Source of the DNA: Octopus vulgaris
Lineage: Eukaryota
Direction of reading: 5' to 3'
DNA: 64,000 bases
Assembly: GCA_951406725.2 (NCBI GenBank)
Contig: OX597814.1
Coordinates: 76,012,001 to 76,076,000, forward strand
Numbering within the stretch: the stretch's first letter is position 1; each line of letters opens with the position of its first letter. Shown piece after piece: positions 12,188-24,599 of this stretch. Made by a program: the position numbers and the translations under genes. The notes beneath the pieces were generated by a model. That model was not told the DNA's origin. It searched no databases and saw only the letters and a list, made by a program, of their open reading frames with translations.

Positions 12188-12410
12188 TGTGTGTGTGTAT
12201 GTGTGAACGTCTTTGTGTCTGCTTGACAACTGGTGTTGTTGTGTTTACGTCCCCATAACTTAACAGTTTGGCAAAAAAGATTGAAGGAATAAGCACCAGG
12301 CTTAAAATAAAATAAGTACTGGCATCAATTCATTCAACTAAAGATTCTTCAAGGTAGTGTCCCAGCATGGCCACAGTCTAATGACTGAAACAAGCAAAAG
12401 GTAAAAAGGG
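11930..12410 (+). mobile_element. SINE family A, full length, with internal (TG)n
   Basis: tRNA-like head (gctgtgtgataag..ggttcagtcccactg) plus family A body. Confidence 0.85.
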
Positions 12411-12429
12411 TATGAATGTAAGAATTGTT

Positions 12430-12640
12430 GATGTTGTTTAGCCCAAGGTCATCCTTGACAGACCACAACTATGATCAAGAGCATTCCAACTAACAAGCCT
12501 ATCTTTCTTCTAGATATCTAGCACAACACTACCTAATATATCATTCATTTCCTGCTTTATTAAAACAGAGAGGTGTGATGTGAGGGAGATTTAGCCATTA
12601 ATTCTAAAAGGCTGAGTAACAGTGTAAAGTTTCCCTTATT
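12430..12640 (+). repeat. Old unclassified interspersed repeat (other copies near 11455, 27520, 27770, 43915 and 55370 (-))
   Basis: Shared 'tatgatcaa.g.cattcca..' and 'gtgtgat.tgagggagattt.g..g.t.tt.tctag' motifs. Confidence 0.5.
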
Positions 12641-12644
12641 TACT

Positions 12645-12870
12645 AATATTGGTTTCAAATATTAGCACAAGGCCAGCATTTTCAGGGAAGTGGGTAAGTC
12701 TATTACATTGACCCCAGTGCTCAATCGGTGCTTATTTTATCAACCCAAATACGATAAAAAACAAAGCTGTCCTTGAAGGAATTTGAACTCAGCATGTAAA
12801 GAAGGACGAAATGCTGCTAAGCATTTTGCTCTGGCTTGCAAATAATTCTGCTAACTTGTTGCCTTTCCCT
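12645..12870 (-). mobile_element. SINE family B
   Basis: Aligns to 10223-10436. Confidence 0.75.
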
Positions 12871-12908
12871 CCCTCATTAACTAATATAAAAAGAGAGATG
12901 AAGTACAG

Positions 12909-12942
<34 letters not shown>

Positions 12943-13290
12943 TGCCATCATCACCACCAACGTTTTTGCATCTGCTTTTCTCAAGCTGGGGTAGGGTGGA
13001 CAAGACATATTGGGGCTGTGTTTTATCACAAATTGCCCCACCTGTTGCCGGTTCTCATTCGTTTTCTAAGTTGTTTCTGTTCTCTTGAATTTTGCATGAA
13101 ACCTTGAAAATTCCTGGATCATGGGACATATTGTTTACAGGAAATGTGTAAACAAATGCACCATTGTTTAAATGGTACCAATATATAAAGTCAATACAAC
13201 TTGTGCACACACCCATGCATATACTAAATTGTATATATGTATATAAATGTACACACACACACATACACACACACATATATATATATACGT

Positions 13291-13461
13291 TATTAAAAAG
13301 AGCAGATATATAACAAAAACTGTTACTCAGAGTTTCACATTTCCAGGAATGTGAAACTCTGAGTAACAGTTTTTGTGATATTTCTGCTGCTTTTGATAAA
13401 ACATATTACTCTACCTCTGGTATTTGAGTATTCTTTTTCCACTTTGTTTCACATTTATATG

Positions 13462-13463
<2 letters not shown>
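13291..13463 (+). mobile_element. Putative Penelope-like terminal fragment; palindrome 13291-13398 containing a half hammerhead
   Basis: Perfect 29-bp arms 13313-13341 / 13348-13376; GAAACTCTGAGTA motif; flanked by (TA)n. Confidence 0.55.
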
Positions 13464-13509
<46 letters not shown>

Positions 13510-13510
13510 T

Positions 13511-13875
13511 AAAAAGCACAATCCGAACGTGGCCGATGCCAACACCGCCTCGACTGGCTTCTGTGCCGGTGGCACGTAAAAAGCATCATCTGAACGTGGC
13601 CGATGCCAGCGCCGCCTGGACTGGCTTCTGTGCCGGTGGCATGTTAAAAGCACCAACCGATCATGGCCGCTGCCAGACCCCCCTGGCACCTGTGCCGGTG
13701 GCACGTAAAAGGCACCCACTACACTTGCGGAGTGGTTGGCGTTAGGAAGGGCATCCAGCTGTAGGAACACTGCCAGATCAGCCTGGTGCAGCCTCCTGGC
13801 TTCCCAGACCCCAGTCGAACTGTCCAACCCGTGCTAGCGCGGAAAACGGACGTTAAACGATGATGATGATGATGA
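13511..13875 (+). mobile_element. RTE LINE 3' UTR with (GAT)n tail
   Basis: Reverse complement of the 6771-type terminus; tail-to-tail with the next element. Confidence 0.9.
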
Positions 13876-13889
13876 TCTATATATATATA

Positions 13890-16800
13890 TCATCATCATC
13901 ATCATCATTTGACGTCCGTTTTCCATGCTAGCATGGGTTGGACGGTTCGACCGGGGTTTGGTAAGCCATGGAGGCTGCACCAGGCTCTAGTCTGATTTGG
14001 CAGTGTTTCAACAGCTGGATGCCCTTCCTAACGCCAACCACTCCATGAGTGTAGTGGGTGTTTTTTACGTGTCACTGGCACATGGGCCAGAGCAGACTGG
14101 CAAACAGCCACAATCAGTTGGTGCTTTTATGTGTCACCGACACGGATGCCAGTCGGGCAGCGCTAGTATCTGCCACATTCGGACAGTGCTTTTTACGTGT
14201 CACCGGTACGGGTGTCTTAACTACAATTTCCATTTGAATTTTTATTTTGATGCTGCTGTACTTGACTCAACAGGTCCCCTGTGAGGCTCAAAGTACGAAG
14301 GTCATGCTTGACCACCTCGCCCCATGTCTTCCTGGGTCTACCTCTACCCCAGTTTCCTTCAACAGTTTGGGAGTGGCACTTCTTCACACATCTCTCCTCA
14401 TCCATCCGTAGTACATGACCATACCAACGCAATCGTCTCTCCTGCACGCTGCATCCAATGCTTCTTATGCCCAACATTTCTCTCAGGACACTTACACTCT
14501 GTTGTGCATGGACAGTGATATTACACATCCAGTGGATCATGCTAGCTTCATTTCTTTCAAGCCTACGCATGTCCTCCGCAGTCACAGCCCATGTTTCACT
14601 GCCATGAAGCATGGCAGTTCGCACACATGCATCGTACAATCTACCTTTCACTCTGAGCAAGAGACTCTTTGTCGCCAGTAGGGGAAGAAGCTTCCTAAAC
14701 TTTGCCCAGGCTATTCTTATTCTAGTGGTAACGCTCTCTGAGCATCCACCCCTGCTACTAACTTGGTCACCTAGGTAGCAGAAACTATCAACTACTTCTA
14801 GTTTCTCCCCAAGGAGTGTAATGGAATCTGTTTTCTGAGTATCTATGGTGTCTATTGCCCCTGTGCATCTGCTGCACACGAAAGCTGTCTTCTTGGTTAA
14901 TTTTCCTTTGATATTGCTGCACCTCTTATGTGTCCATAGCTTACACTGGGTACATCTTATGGAGTTTCTACCTACACCTTTTCTACAGATCAAGCAGGGC
15001 CACCTACCTGAAGGGGTGTGTGGTGAGTTTGCCTTCCTACTTACTAGAACTTTGGTCTTTGCTACATTGACTCTAAGGCCTTTTGATTCCAAACCTAGCT
15101 TCCACACACGAAATTTCTTCTCTTGTTCCGGTAGTGATTCTGCTACGAGGGCTAGGTCATCAGCATAGAGGAGCTCCCAAGAACAGCCCATCTTAAATTC
15201 CTCTGTTATTGCTTGGAAGACTATGATGAATAGAAGGGGATTGAGGGCTGAGCCTTGGTGGATGCCAACTTCTACCCGGAATTCTTCACTGTACTCATTG
15301 CCAATCCTAACCTTACTAATAGCCTCTCTGTAGAGGGCTTGTACAGCCCTTATTAACCATTCGTCAATCTCCAGTTTCCGCATCGCCCACCAGATAAGGG
15401 ATCGGGAGACCCTGTCAAAGGCTCTCTCCAAGTCCACAAAAGCTAAGTATAGGGGTTTATCTCTGGCTAGGTATTTCTCCTGCAGTTGTCAAACCATGAA
15501 TATGGCATCAGTGGTGCTTCTGCCAGGCACAAAACCAAACTGCATCTCATCTAGGCTAACTCTCTCCCTAATTAGTTGGGCTATGGCCCTCTCCATGACC
15601 TTCATTACCTGATCCAGCAGTTTGATGCCCCTGTAGTTATTTCTATCTAGAGCATCCCCTTTACTCTTGTAGCAGTTGACTATGGTGCTGCTACGCCAGT
15701 CATTGGGTATGACTCCATCATGAACTACTTGGTTTACAATGTGGGTAACTAGGCCGTAGCCCACACCGCCAGATGTTTTAAGCATCTCAGCAGTGATTCC
15801 TGATGGGCCGGGGGCTTTTCCTGGCTTCATACCCTTAATTGCTTTAACTACTAGGGAGCTATCTATACGGATAGCTGGTCCTTCTACTGGGTCAACATTT
15901 GGCAGGCTCCCCTCCTCCAACTTATTCTCCACATTCAGCAGTCTTTTATAGTGGCTTCTCCAAGCCTCTTTCTTTTCAGAATCACAAAAAGCAAGTGCCC
16001 CATCATCCATTCGAACACATTTCTCTCCTGTGACATCACAATTTTCTCTCACACACTGTCTTGAACCTCAGTTCTTTGGTCCTCATGTCTCTGGACATTG
16101 GCAAACTTCTTTTCCACTACACTCTTGGCTATGTATATCTGCCGCCCAGCCTCCCTTCTGGCTACCTGGTACAGTTCCCTACTACCCCTCATCCTTCCAG
16201 GCTTTCCAGGCCTGTTTCTTTGCCCTAATGGCCTTGTCTACTGTACTATTACCCATCACGTAACTCTAGGTCTGGTAGGGACTTTGCACCAGCCACAGAC
16301 TTGGTCTGTGGCGCTCAGTAAGCTGTCCTTTAGGAATTTCCAGCTACCTTCTATGTCCGATGTCTGTAGCTCCTCCTCCCTCTCTTAAAATTTCTTGATG
16401 AGGATGTCCCTAAATCTCTGACCATGTGAAGGGTTCTTTAGCTTCCAAATCCTTCTTTTTAGGATTGGTTTGCTTCTTGGTATCCTTCTGGCCTCGAGGC
16501 TAAAGTCACTAATGACTAGCCTATGCTGGGGGGTACATTCTTCACCTAGGAGGGTCTTTGCATTTAAGAGCAACCCTGTGTCCCGCTGTCTGGTGAGGAT
16601 GATATCAATCTGGCTAGCAGAGTCCCCTGATTGATAGGTTATCAGGTGGCTGTCTGGCTTCCTGAAGTTAGTGTTGCAGATTAAAAGGTTACATGCACCA
16701 CAGAACTCCAGTAGCCTAGTTCCCTCATTGTTTCGAGTGCCAATACCATGGCCACCGTGTATCCCAGTGAAGATACCTGCTTCCCGCCCGACATGCCCAT

Positions 16801-17340
16801 TAAAGTCTCCAGCCACAAAGATGAGGTCATTGCCACTCGTCTTTGAGGTAGCCTGTAGAAGGGTGTCATAAAAGTGGTCCTTCTGATCATTTGGTAGCCC
16901 TGCATGTGGAGCGTAGGCGGAGATGATAGTAGCTGTGCTATTCTGCAGGACTAGCCTAAGCTTAAGTACTCTATCAACCTCTATAACCTTATCCACCCAT
17001 TTCTCTGAGAGGAGAATGCCTACATCCCCTATACCATCCATGTTACCTTGCCAGAAGAATTTGTACTTATGTGCCTTGCCTGTGAGGACCCTAGCTGAAG
17101 CTCCTCTCCATCTTACCTCTTGTACACAGCATACATCAACCCGTCTCCTTTCAAGCATCTCCACAATCTCACTAGACCTACCTTTCATTGTGCCAACATT
17201 GACAGTGCCAACTCTGAAAACTGGGAAGGGAATGTGGGGTGAGGTTTGGGGTGGAGGGATGCTATTCAGCACCTGAAAAGAGGAGGGTTGTGGTGGTGAT
17301 GTTCGTTTGTTTGGCATGCTTCATCCTTTCTCTTTTTCTT
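13890..17340 (-). mobile_element. RTE-clade LINE, nearly full length (APE endonuclease + RT), disrupted
   Basis: ORF 16385-17317 has GTVNVG, QEVRW, AYAP, AGDFNGH, SQIDII, QHRLV; 15489-16052 has KAPGPSGI, NYRGIKLL, QFGF; 14217-15437 has QGS, YADD, YLG. Confidence 0.96.
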
Positions 17341-17448
17341 TCTACCTCTCTTCCATCCTGACAACATTCAAGCATATATATATATATATATGTATGATAT
17401 ATATATATATGTATATATATACACACATATACATATATATATACACAT

Positions 17449-17758
17449 GACCCTGTCAGTGCAGGTGCCACTTAAAAGCACCCAGTCCACACTGTAAAGT
17501 GGTTGGTGTTCAGAAGGGCATCCAGCTGTAAAATCCTTGCCAAAACTGACCTTGCCTGTGCTTGTGTCACGTAAAAGGCACTAAGTCCACTCTGTGGAGT
17601 GGTTGGTGTTAGGAAGGGCATCCATCTGGAAAAATCCTGCCAAAACAGTTACAGACGTTTGGTGCAGGCTTCTGCCTGACTGGCTCTTGTGAAACCGTCC
17701 CACCTATGCTAGCATGGAAGGCAGACGTTAAACAATGATGATGATGATGATGATGATC
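17449..17758 (+). mobile_element. RTE LINE 3' UTR fragment with internal duplication
   Basis: Two copies of 'gtggttggtgtt..gaagggcatcca' followed by a (GAT)n tail. Confidence 0.75.
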
Positions 17759-18329
17759 ACATATATATATTTATCATCATCGTCGTCGTCATCGTTGTTT
17801 AGCGTCTGCTTTCCATGCTGGCATGGGTTGGACAGTTTAACTGAGGATTGGCAAGCCAGTACTTATTCTATCAGTCTTGTTTGCCAAACTGCTAATTTAC
17901 AGGGACGTGCACACACCCACATTAGTTGTCAAGTGATGGTGGGGTGACAAACATAAACACACAAATATATACATACATACATTTTTACAGTGGGACTGAA
18001 ACTGAAACCATGTGGTTGGGAAGCAAATTTATTACCACACAGCCTGTCTGCATCTGTATATGTACACACGAACACACACACATATGTGTGTTTGATAGAC
18101 TTTCATACAGTTTCTATCTACCAAATATCTTAGCTCAGTCTGAGGCCATAGAAAAAGATACTTACCCAAGGTGCTAAGCAATGTAGTCTTTGCAGACACA
18201 TAGCCATTACTAAAATAACACCATCCAAAATAATGGAAAACACAAGCTAACAAGAAACTAAAACTGCTGGGAGCATGCTAGTTTGTTTATGTCATCTGTT
18301 AACATTTGTCAAGTACAGATAACGTCTAA

Positions 18330-18630
18330 TACCATGCTGTATTTTAAATAACAACATCTGATAGTCTGGTAGACCTACCAGACTATCAAATACTGTTACA
18401 CATCGCTTCTCCCAATGCACTTTGCATTGTTTTAGCTTTCAAATGATGTCACTCTGCTGGCTAAGTGAGCAGGCCAACACTCCACCCCATCCCCTGATTA
18501 AAAGGGTGACAGGAGCAACTTTAGATGAAGTTTTTTGTTCAAGAATACAACATGCTACCTGGTCTGGGAATTGAACCTACGATCTAGTGATCATGAATGC
18601 AACACTTTTACCACTAGGCTATGAACCTTC
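18330..18630 (-). mobile_element. tRNA-derived SINE (family C)
   Basis: Minus-strand head 'gcctagtggtaaa..ggttcaattcccag' (A/B boxes); body shared with 50397-50497. Confidence 0.6.
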
Positions 18631-20634
18631 ACATTTTATTCATAAGGTACAAAAATATCAAAAAAAACAACAACAATGAGGTAGAAAAGCAAAGAAACAG
18701 AGTGTATTAAGTTGACACTCAGGAAAACTGGAAGAAGTCTTTCGCATTTTGAGCCTATGCTCCTTTATGTAAAGAGCAGATGAGGAGAGAGAAAAATAAA
18801 GAGAAAAGAACAAGCATATCTCAAATAGATGGTCACTGTATCCTGAAATGATCAGAAGAGGAAGAAATGGGCTTGGGACATGGTTGACAAGGGGAACAGC
18901 AATATGCATGAACATGATGCTAATGTGTGTGTGTGTATGTGTATATATGGGTACATATGTGTATGTGTGTGTGTGCAAGGACAAGTGTTATGTGTGTATG
19001 AAGCTAATGTGTGTGCATGTATGCGTGTGTGGACACATGTGTGTATGAAGCAATGTGTATTCAGTGTACACATGTGTATGGACATGTGTTTGTGTGTATA
19101 AAAATATCTGATGTGCGTGTGTGTGTGTGTGCGTGTGCGTGCGTGTGCAAGCACACATGTGGGGCAAGAGTAAAGTGTATTAACCAGGGGTGGTGGAAGA
19201 GATAGGTGTTGTGATCTCGGATGGGACAGAATGGAGGAATAATTGGTGTTGTAGTATTTAGTGTAAGCAAGAAAGTCATGGAGAAGGCATTTGATGTGGA
19301 GAATGAAATGGAGAATGGAGTCGGCAATGAAGTGTGAGTAGCAAGAAAAGAAGATATAATAGGCAAGTGGAGAAGTTGGTCAGCGGTACATATTTTGGAG
19401 AGATTAGGGCAGATGGTGGCATGCATGAGGTGGTAAGATGCCTTAAAGTCATTTAAATAAATCCATCAAAGTGCATCTATAAACCAAATAAATTTAGTTA
19501 AATTTATATTTAAAAGTTTTCTCCCGTGTGCTTTTGATCATGCTAATGATCTCTGTCTTCTTTATAGGTGTAATTGTAATTGACTGAAAGTTCTTTTTGA
19601 TTTACTATATTTAGAACGTTATGTTGCATACTATATATCATAAAAATTGTCCTAAGGTCTGGTAGTTTTCTGTTAAAATATATTTCTCTGAGCTTAAATA
19701 CATTTGAAACATGTCTGGAGTTATCATTATAACTGCCAAAGATTGAACTCTCTCCTCCTTGCATTACTTCATTAATTTTTAATATTTTAAATATCAGTTC
19801 TTTCCCTTGGCCCTTTTGACAAGATTTGTCATTAACACATAATTTTTTTTTTCCATTAAAGAAGTCATTTCTATTGATTAAATATTATTTTGCAGGGCTC
19901 ATTAAATTCATTGTGGTTACCCATGCTTAAAAACAGATCAAAAATTCATAAGAGAGAATTTATAATAACTTTTTGAGTGTAAAATTTCTTTTTCCTTTTC
20001 ATTTGAAAATGTTTTTTTTACCTTTAAAATATTTGTTTTGCTCACTTCCTGACTGTGCTGCATTATGAACATATCAATATTATCATATAATGAAAATTAT
20101 TTTGTTTTATTTATTTATTTATATTTTGACTGATATTTTTTTTAAATTGTCCAAATTGCCTAGAGTGCAAGCTAATAAAGTGGTACTAATTATTAATAAA
20201 TTGAGTGTTAACATACTTAATGTATGTTTTTGTATGTGATAGGATAGTTAGATAGATTTTGTTTTTTACATTTTAGTTTGAAGAGGCAGGACAGTACCTG
20301 TGACCTTTGCATACACATTTCAATAAACAAGATTTATATCATTTTTTTTTTACAGATAGATGCTTCTTTAGTAATGTTAGTAGAGATAATTATGAAAATG
20401 AAGAATAGTTAAGTAGGTTGTTTGCCAAGCACAGTTTTTTTTTTGGTTTGATTCCACTGTGTGACACTATTTAACATCATGTTTTCTATAAGGGTTACAC
20501 CCCAAAACTATCTTAGAGTTAAGTTAGAAATACTTGTTTTATACAGAATTAATTAATTCATATGCTATCTAATGTGTTATATCATTTTCTTCTGGCAGTG
20601 AATTGTTTTCTCATTTAGGGTACAACATAAATAC

Positions 20635-20957
20635 AAATTATTGTGATCAGTTATTTTTTACACCCCCTTTTCCATGCTGATTTGGTGGGATGAGATTTCT
20701 TAAGGCTGTATTCTATGGGCCAAATGCCTTTCCTGATACTAAACCTTCAATATATTTCTTTAAAACTAAGACACTTTATCTTACATTTTGGATATTGAAA
20801 AGCAAACAGTGTCAATACAAACACAAGCAGAGACAAACACACACGAACATGCATGCATGCACATACACACATGCAAGTGTGCGTGCACACACACACATAC
20901 ACATACACACAAGCACACACACACATACACACCCACACAAACACCCACACAAACACA

Positions 20958-20989
<32 letters not shown>

Positions 20990-21108
20990 GAAGCTTCATA
21001 CAGTTTCTGTCTACCAATGCTCACAAGGTATTTGTTAATCTGAGGCCATAATAGGCCTCAGGTTAACAAATACCTTGTGAGCATTGGTAGACAGAAACTG
21101 TATGAAGC

Positions 21109-21147
<39 letters not shown>

Positions 21148-21444
21148 TGTGTGGATGTGTATGTGTATGTGTGCTTGTGTATGTGTGTGTGTGCATGCAC
21201 ACGTGCATGTGTGTATGTGCATGCATGCATGTTCGTGTGTGTTTGTCTCTGCTTGTGTTTGTATTGACACTGTTTGCTTTTCAATATCCAAAATGTAAGA
21301 TAAAGTGTCTTAGTTTTAAAGAAATATATTGAAGGTTTAGTATCAGGAAAGGCATTTGGCCCATAGAATACAGCCTTAAGAAATCTCATCCAACCAAATC
21401 AGCATGGAAAAGGGGGTGTAAAAAATAACTGATCACAATAATTT
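20635..21444. repeat. Long near-perfect palindrome (~400-bp arms, 6-nt spacer at 21048-21053)
   Basis: Mirror ORFs 20690(+) and 21389(-) begin identically (MRFLKAVFYGPNAFPDTK); arms differ mainly in the (CA)n tract. Confidence 0.97.
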
Positions 21445-21499
21445 TCTATTCTTGTACTGAAAGTTGTGTGTTACTGAGAGGTGACAATTGTGTGTTACT

Positions 21500-21676
21500 G
21501 AGAGGAGTGGCTGTGTGGTAAGTAGCTTGCTTACCAACCACATGGTTCCAGGTTCAGTCCCACTGTGTGGCACCTTGGGCAAGTGTCTTCTACTATAGCC
21601 TTGGGTCAACCAAAGCCTTGTGAGTGGATTTGGTACATGGAAACTGAAAGAAGCCCGTCATATATATATATATATA

Positions 21677-21715
<39 letters not shown>

Positions 21716-21960
21716 GAGTGTGTGTGTGCATGTGTGTGTGTGCATGTATATGTTTGTGTGTCTGTGTTTGTTCCCCCAACATCACTTCACAACCGATGCT
21801 GGTGTGTTTACGTCCCCGTAACTTAGTGGTTCAGCAAAAGAGACCAATAGAATAAGTACTAGGCTTACAAAGAATAAGCCCTGGGGTCGATTTGCTCGAC
21901 TAAAGGCAGTGTTCCTGCATGACCACAGTCAAATGATTGAAACAAATAAAAGAAAGAAAA
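21500..21960 (+). mobile_element. SINE family A, full length
   Basis: Head ggagtggctgtgtggtaagtagcttgcttaccaaccacatggttccaggttcagtcccactg plus body. Confidence 0.9.
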
Positions 21961-22140
21961 ACAAAAGAAAAAAAACAAAGTATCATGATTTCTACCTTGT
22001 TGGATTACTTTGTCTTTGTCTTCTTACCATATGATTTATTCCTGATGTTGACTACTATATGAATAGTTTGAAAGAACATGCAAAGTTCTAACTGCAACAA
22101 AACTAAGATCTAAATTGGTCGAAACCCTGATCCCGTGATC

Positions 22141-22304
22141 ATCATGTTTTCTATAAGGGTTACACCCCAAAACTATCTTAGAGTTAAGTTAGAAATACTT
22201 GTTTTATACAGAATTAATTAATTCATATGCTATCTAATGTGTTATATCATTTTCTTCTGGCAGTGAATTGTTTTCTCATTTAGGGTACAACATAAATACA
22301 AATT
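22141..22304 (+). repeat. ~164-bp segment duplicated directly at 20476-20639
   Basis: atcatgttttctataagggttacacc...acataaatacaaatt appears identical in both copies. Confidence 0.95.
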
Positions 22305-23064
22305 GTTTTGTGAAAAGATTAACATAATATGCTTTATTTTTCCTATCTTTCTAACAGATGAAAGGATAGTTTCATCTATACACTGCTTCAAAGGATCTAA
22401 GAGAACTACTGTATTGTGAATTTGTTCCATAATTTTCTTTTTTATCTATTGCTGTTTTACTATAAATGCAGAGACAAATCTGAACTAAAACTTACTGTTT
22501 CTAGTCTACAATTATTGTATACTGTTATTGCTTTAGGAATCAACATCAATGTTTATTTTTTCTATTGTGTTTCTACTAATGAAGTAGAATAGATCATGTA
22601 GAAGCCTCAAGGAAAATATCCAGTCCCAATCTAACTCTCAAAATTTAGTGTCATTCACGATATATAATGGCGTTTCAGTTGCATTTCCCATAAGAACAAT
22701 GCAAAAACTTAATTATAAACCAATTTTGTTTGGTTCAGAGTCCAATACATTAATAATTAAGTTATGCTGAATGTATCCCTGGAATAGTTCAATTTTAGTA
22801 AATTATTGGAAGCTGGGCTCTTTTATTACTTGTTGTTCATTTGTGGCACTGATTAACCTTAAAAACTAAAAGGGCAGTTACAATCTTATTTATCTGTTTC
22901 TCAGAGTGCAACTGTATTCACATTGTGTTGTATATAACAGATTTCATACCGTGTCCTGTATGAATTCTTCTTATAGTGTTCTATATAACAATATTTATAT
23001 TATGTTTCTTATAACATCCTTCATATTGTGCTCCATATAACAATTCATCATAATGTATTCCATC

Positions 23065-23215
23065 TTTATGTTCTGAGTTCAAATTCCACCAAAGTCGACT
23101 TTGTCTTTCATCCTTTCAAAGTTGATAAAATAAGTAACAGTTGAGTACTGGGGTCAATGCAATTGACTTACTCCCTTCCTGAAATTGCTGGCCTAGTGCC
23201 AAAATTTGAAATCAT
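23065..23215 (+). mobile_element. SINE family B, 5'-truncated, (TTA)n tail
   Basis: ctgagttcaaattcc..gtcgactttgtctttcatcctttc core. Confidence 0.75.
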
Positions 23216-23259
23216 TTTTATTATTATTATCATTATTATCATTATTATTTATCCAAAAA

Positions 23260-24385
23260 TATATGGCTGCACTTGACTTTCAGCAATCTAGAGAATGCCT
23301 TTGACAGGGTCTCTTGCTCCCTGATCTGGTGGTCACTGTGAAAGTTAAGAGTAGATGAATGGTTTGTTAAAAACCATACAATCCATATACAGGAGTTTAG
23401 TCAGTAAGGTGAGAGTAAATAATGAGTACAGTGATGAATTAAGTGAACAGATACATGTTTCTCCAGGGCTTGACTCTCATTCCCCTCCTATTTATCATTG
23501 TCTTATTACCAATTACAGAGTTATTTAAGACTGGTTGCCCATGAGAACTTCTCTATGCTGATGACCATGTTCTTATAGCTGAATCTGTAGCAAAATTAAA
23601 AAAGAAATTCTCAATGTTGAAGCAAAACCTGGATCCAAAAGGCCTAAAATGTAACTTATCAAAGACCAAAGTTCAAAGCAAGAAAGCAGACAGTATACTA
23701 ATCCCTTCAGGAAAATTGCCTACTTTCATCTGTAGAAATTCCATACAGTATATTTAGTACAAACTATGGACACATGTGAAATACAATGGAATCACAGAAA
23801 GATTAACAGAAACTACACTTTGTTTGTGACAGATGCATAGGAGCAATAAGCACTGAGAACATATGGAAATAGATTTTTCAAATGCCCAAGAGGATCTGTA
23901 GAGGTAGTAGATACTTTCTGTACCCGAGATAATTAACAGTAAAGGAGGACGTTCTAAAAGTATAGCTGCTAGAATACAAACCACTTGGAGAAAGACCAGA
24001 GAGTTATTACCTCTGTAACAAAAGGCCTCTCTCTGAGTGAAAGGCAGATTTTATGATGCTTATGCATGAACAGCAACACTATATGATAGTAAAGTGTGAA
24101 TTGTGGATACAGAGGACATGCAAAGACAAGGAAGAAGTGAAGTTAGCATCCTCTGTTGGATGTGCAATGTCAGTGTACACATACAATAAAGTACAAATGT
24201 GTTGAGAGAAAAAGTTGTGCTTAAAAGATATCAGATATGGTGTGTAAGAAAGAAAACTGTATTGGTTTGGTTATGTAATGTATATGGATGAGGACAGCTG
24301 CATAAAGAGGTGCGGATTGTTAAATATGAATGGAACATATGGGAGAGGGAGACTCAGGAAGACATGGGACAAAGTTGTGAATCTG
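23260..24385 (+). pseudogene. Old RTE LINE RT relic
   Basis: LENAFDRV, LLYADD, GRGRLRKTWD recognisable through many stops. Confidence 0.85.
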
Positions 24386-24599
24386 CATAGGCTAATTAGA
24401 TTGAACTCAGAAAGGGGTCCAGTTCTGGAAGTTAAAAAGGTCTTTCTCAGTGTGCAGATACTACAATTTTTGAATTAGTGAGCTAGACAATTGGCAATTG
24501 AGGGAAGCAGTTGTCAACAACAGCTGGTGGGGGATACCCTGAAGATGTTGACTGAATATGAGTTGGTAACATTTAGTAATGAGATAGTGATAGAATATA

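Noticed and set aside
19160-19440. Purine-rich stretch possibly from a Penelope linker region
   Set aside because: No diagnostic motif could be recovered by eye.
21500-21575. tRNA-like A/B boxes
   Set aside because: SINE heads without a cloverleaf; not tRNA genes.
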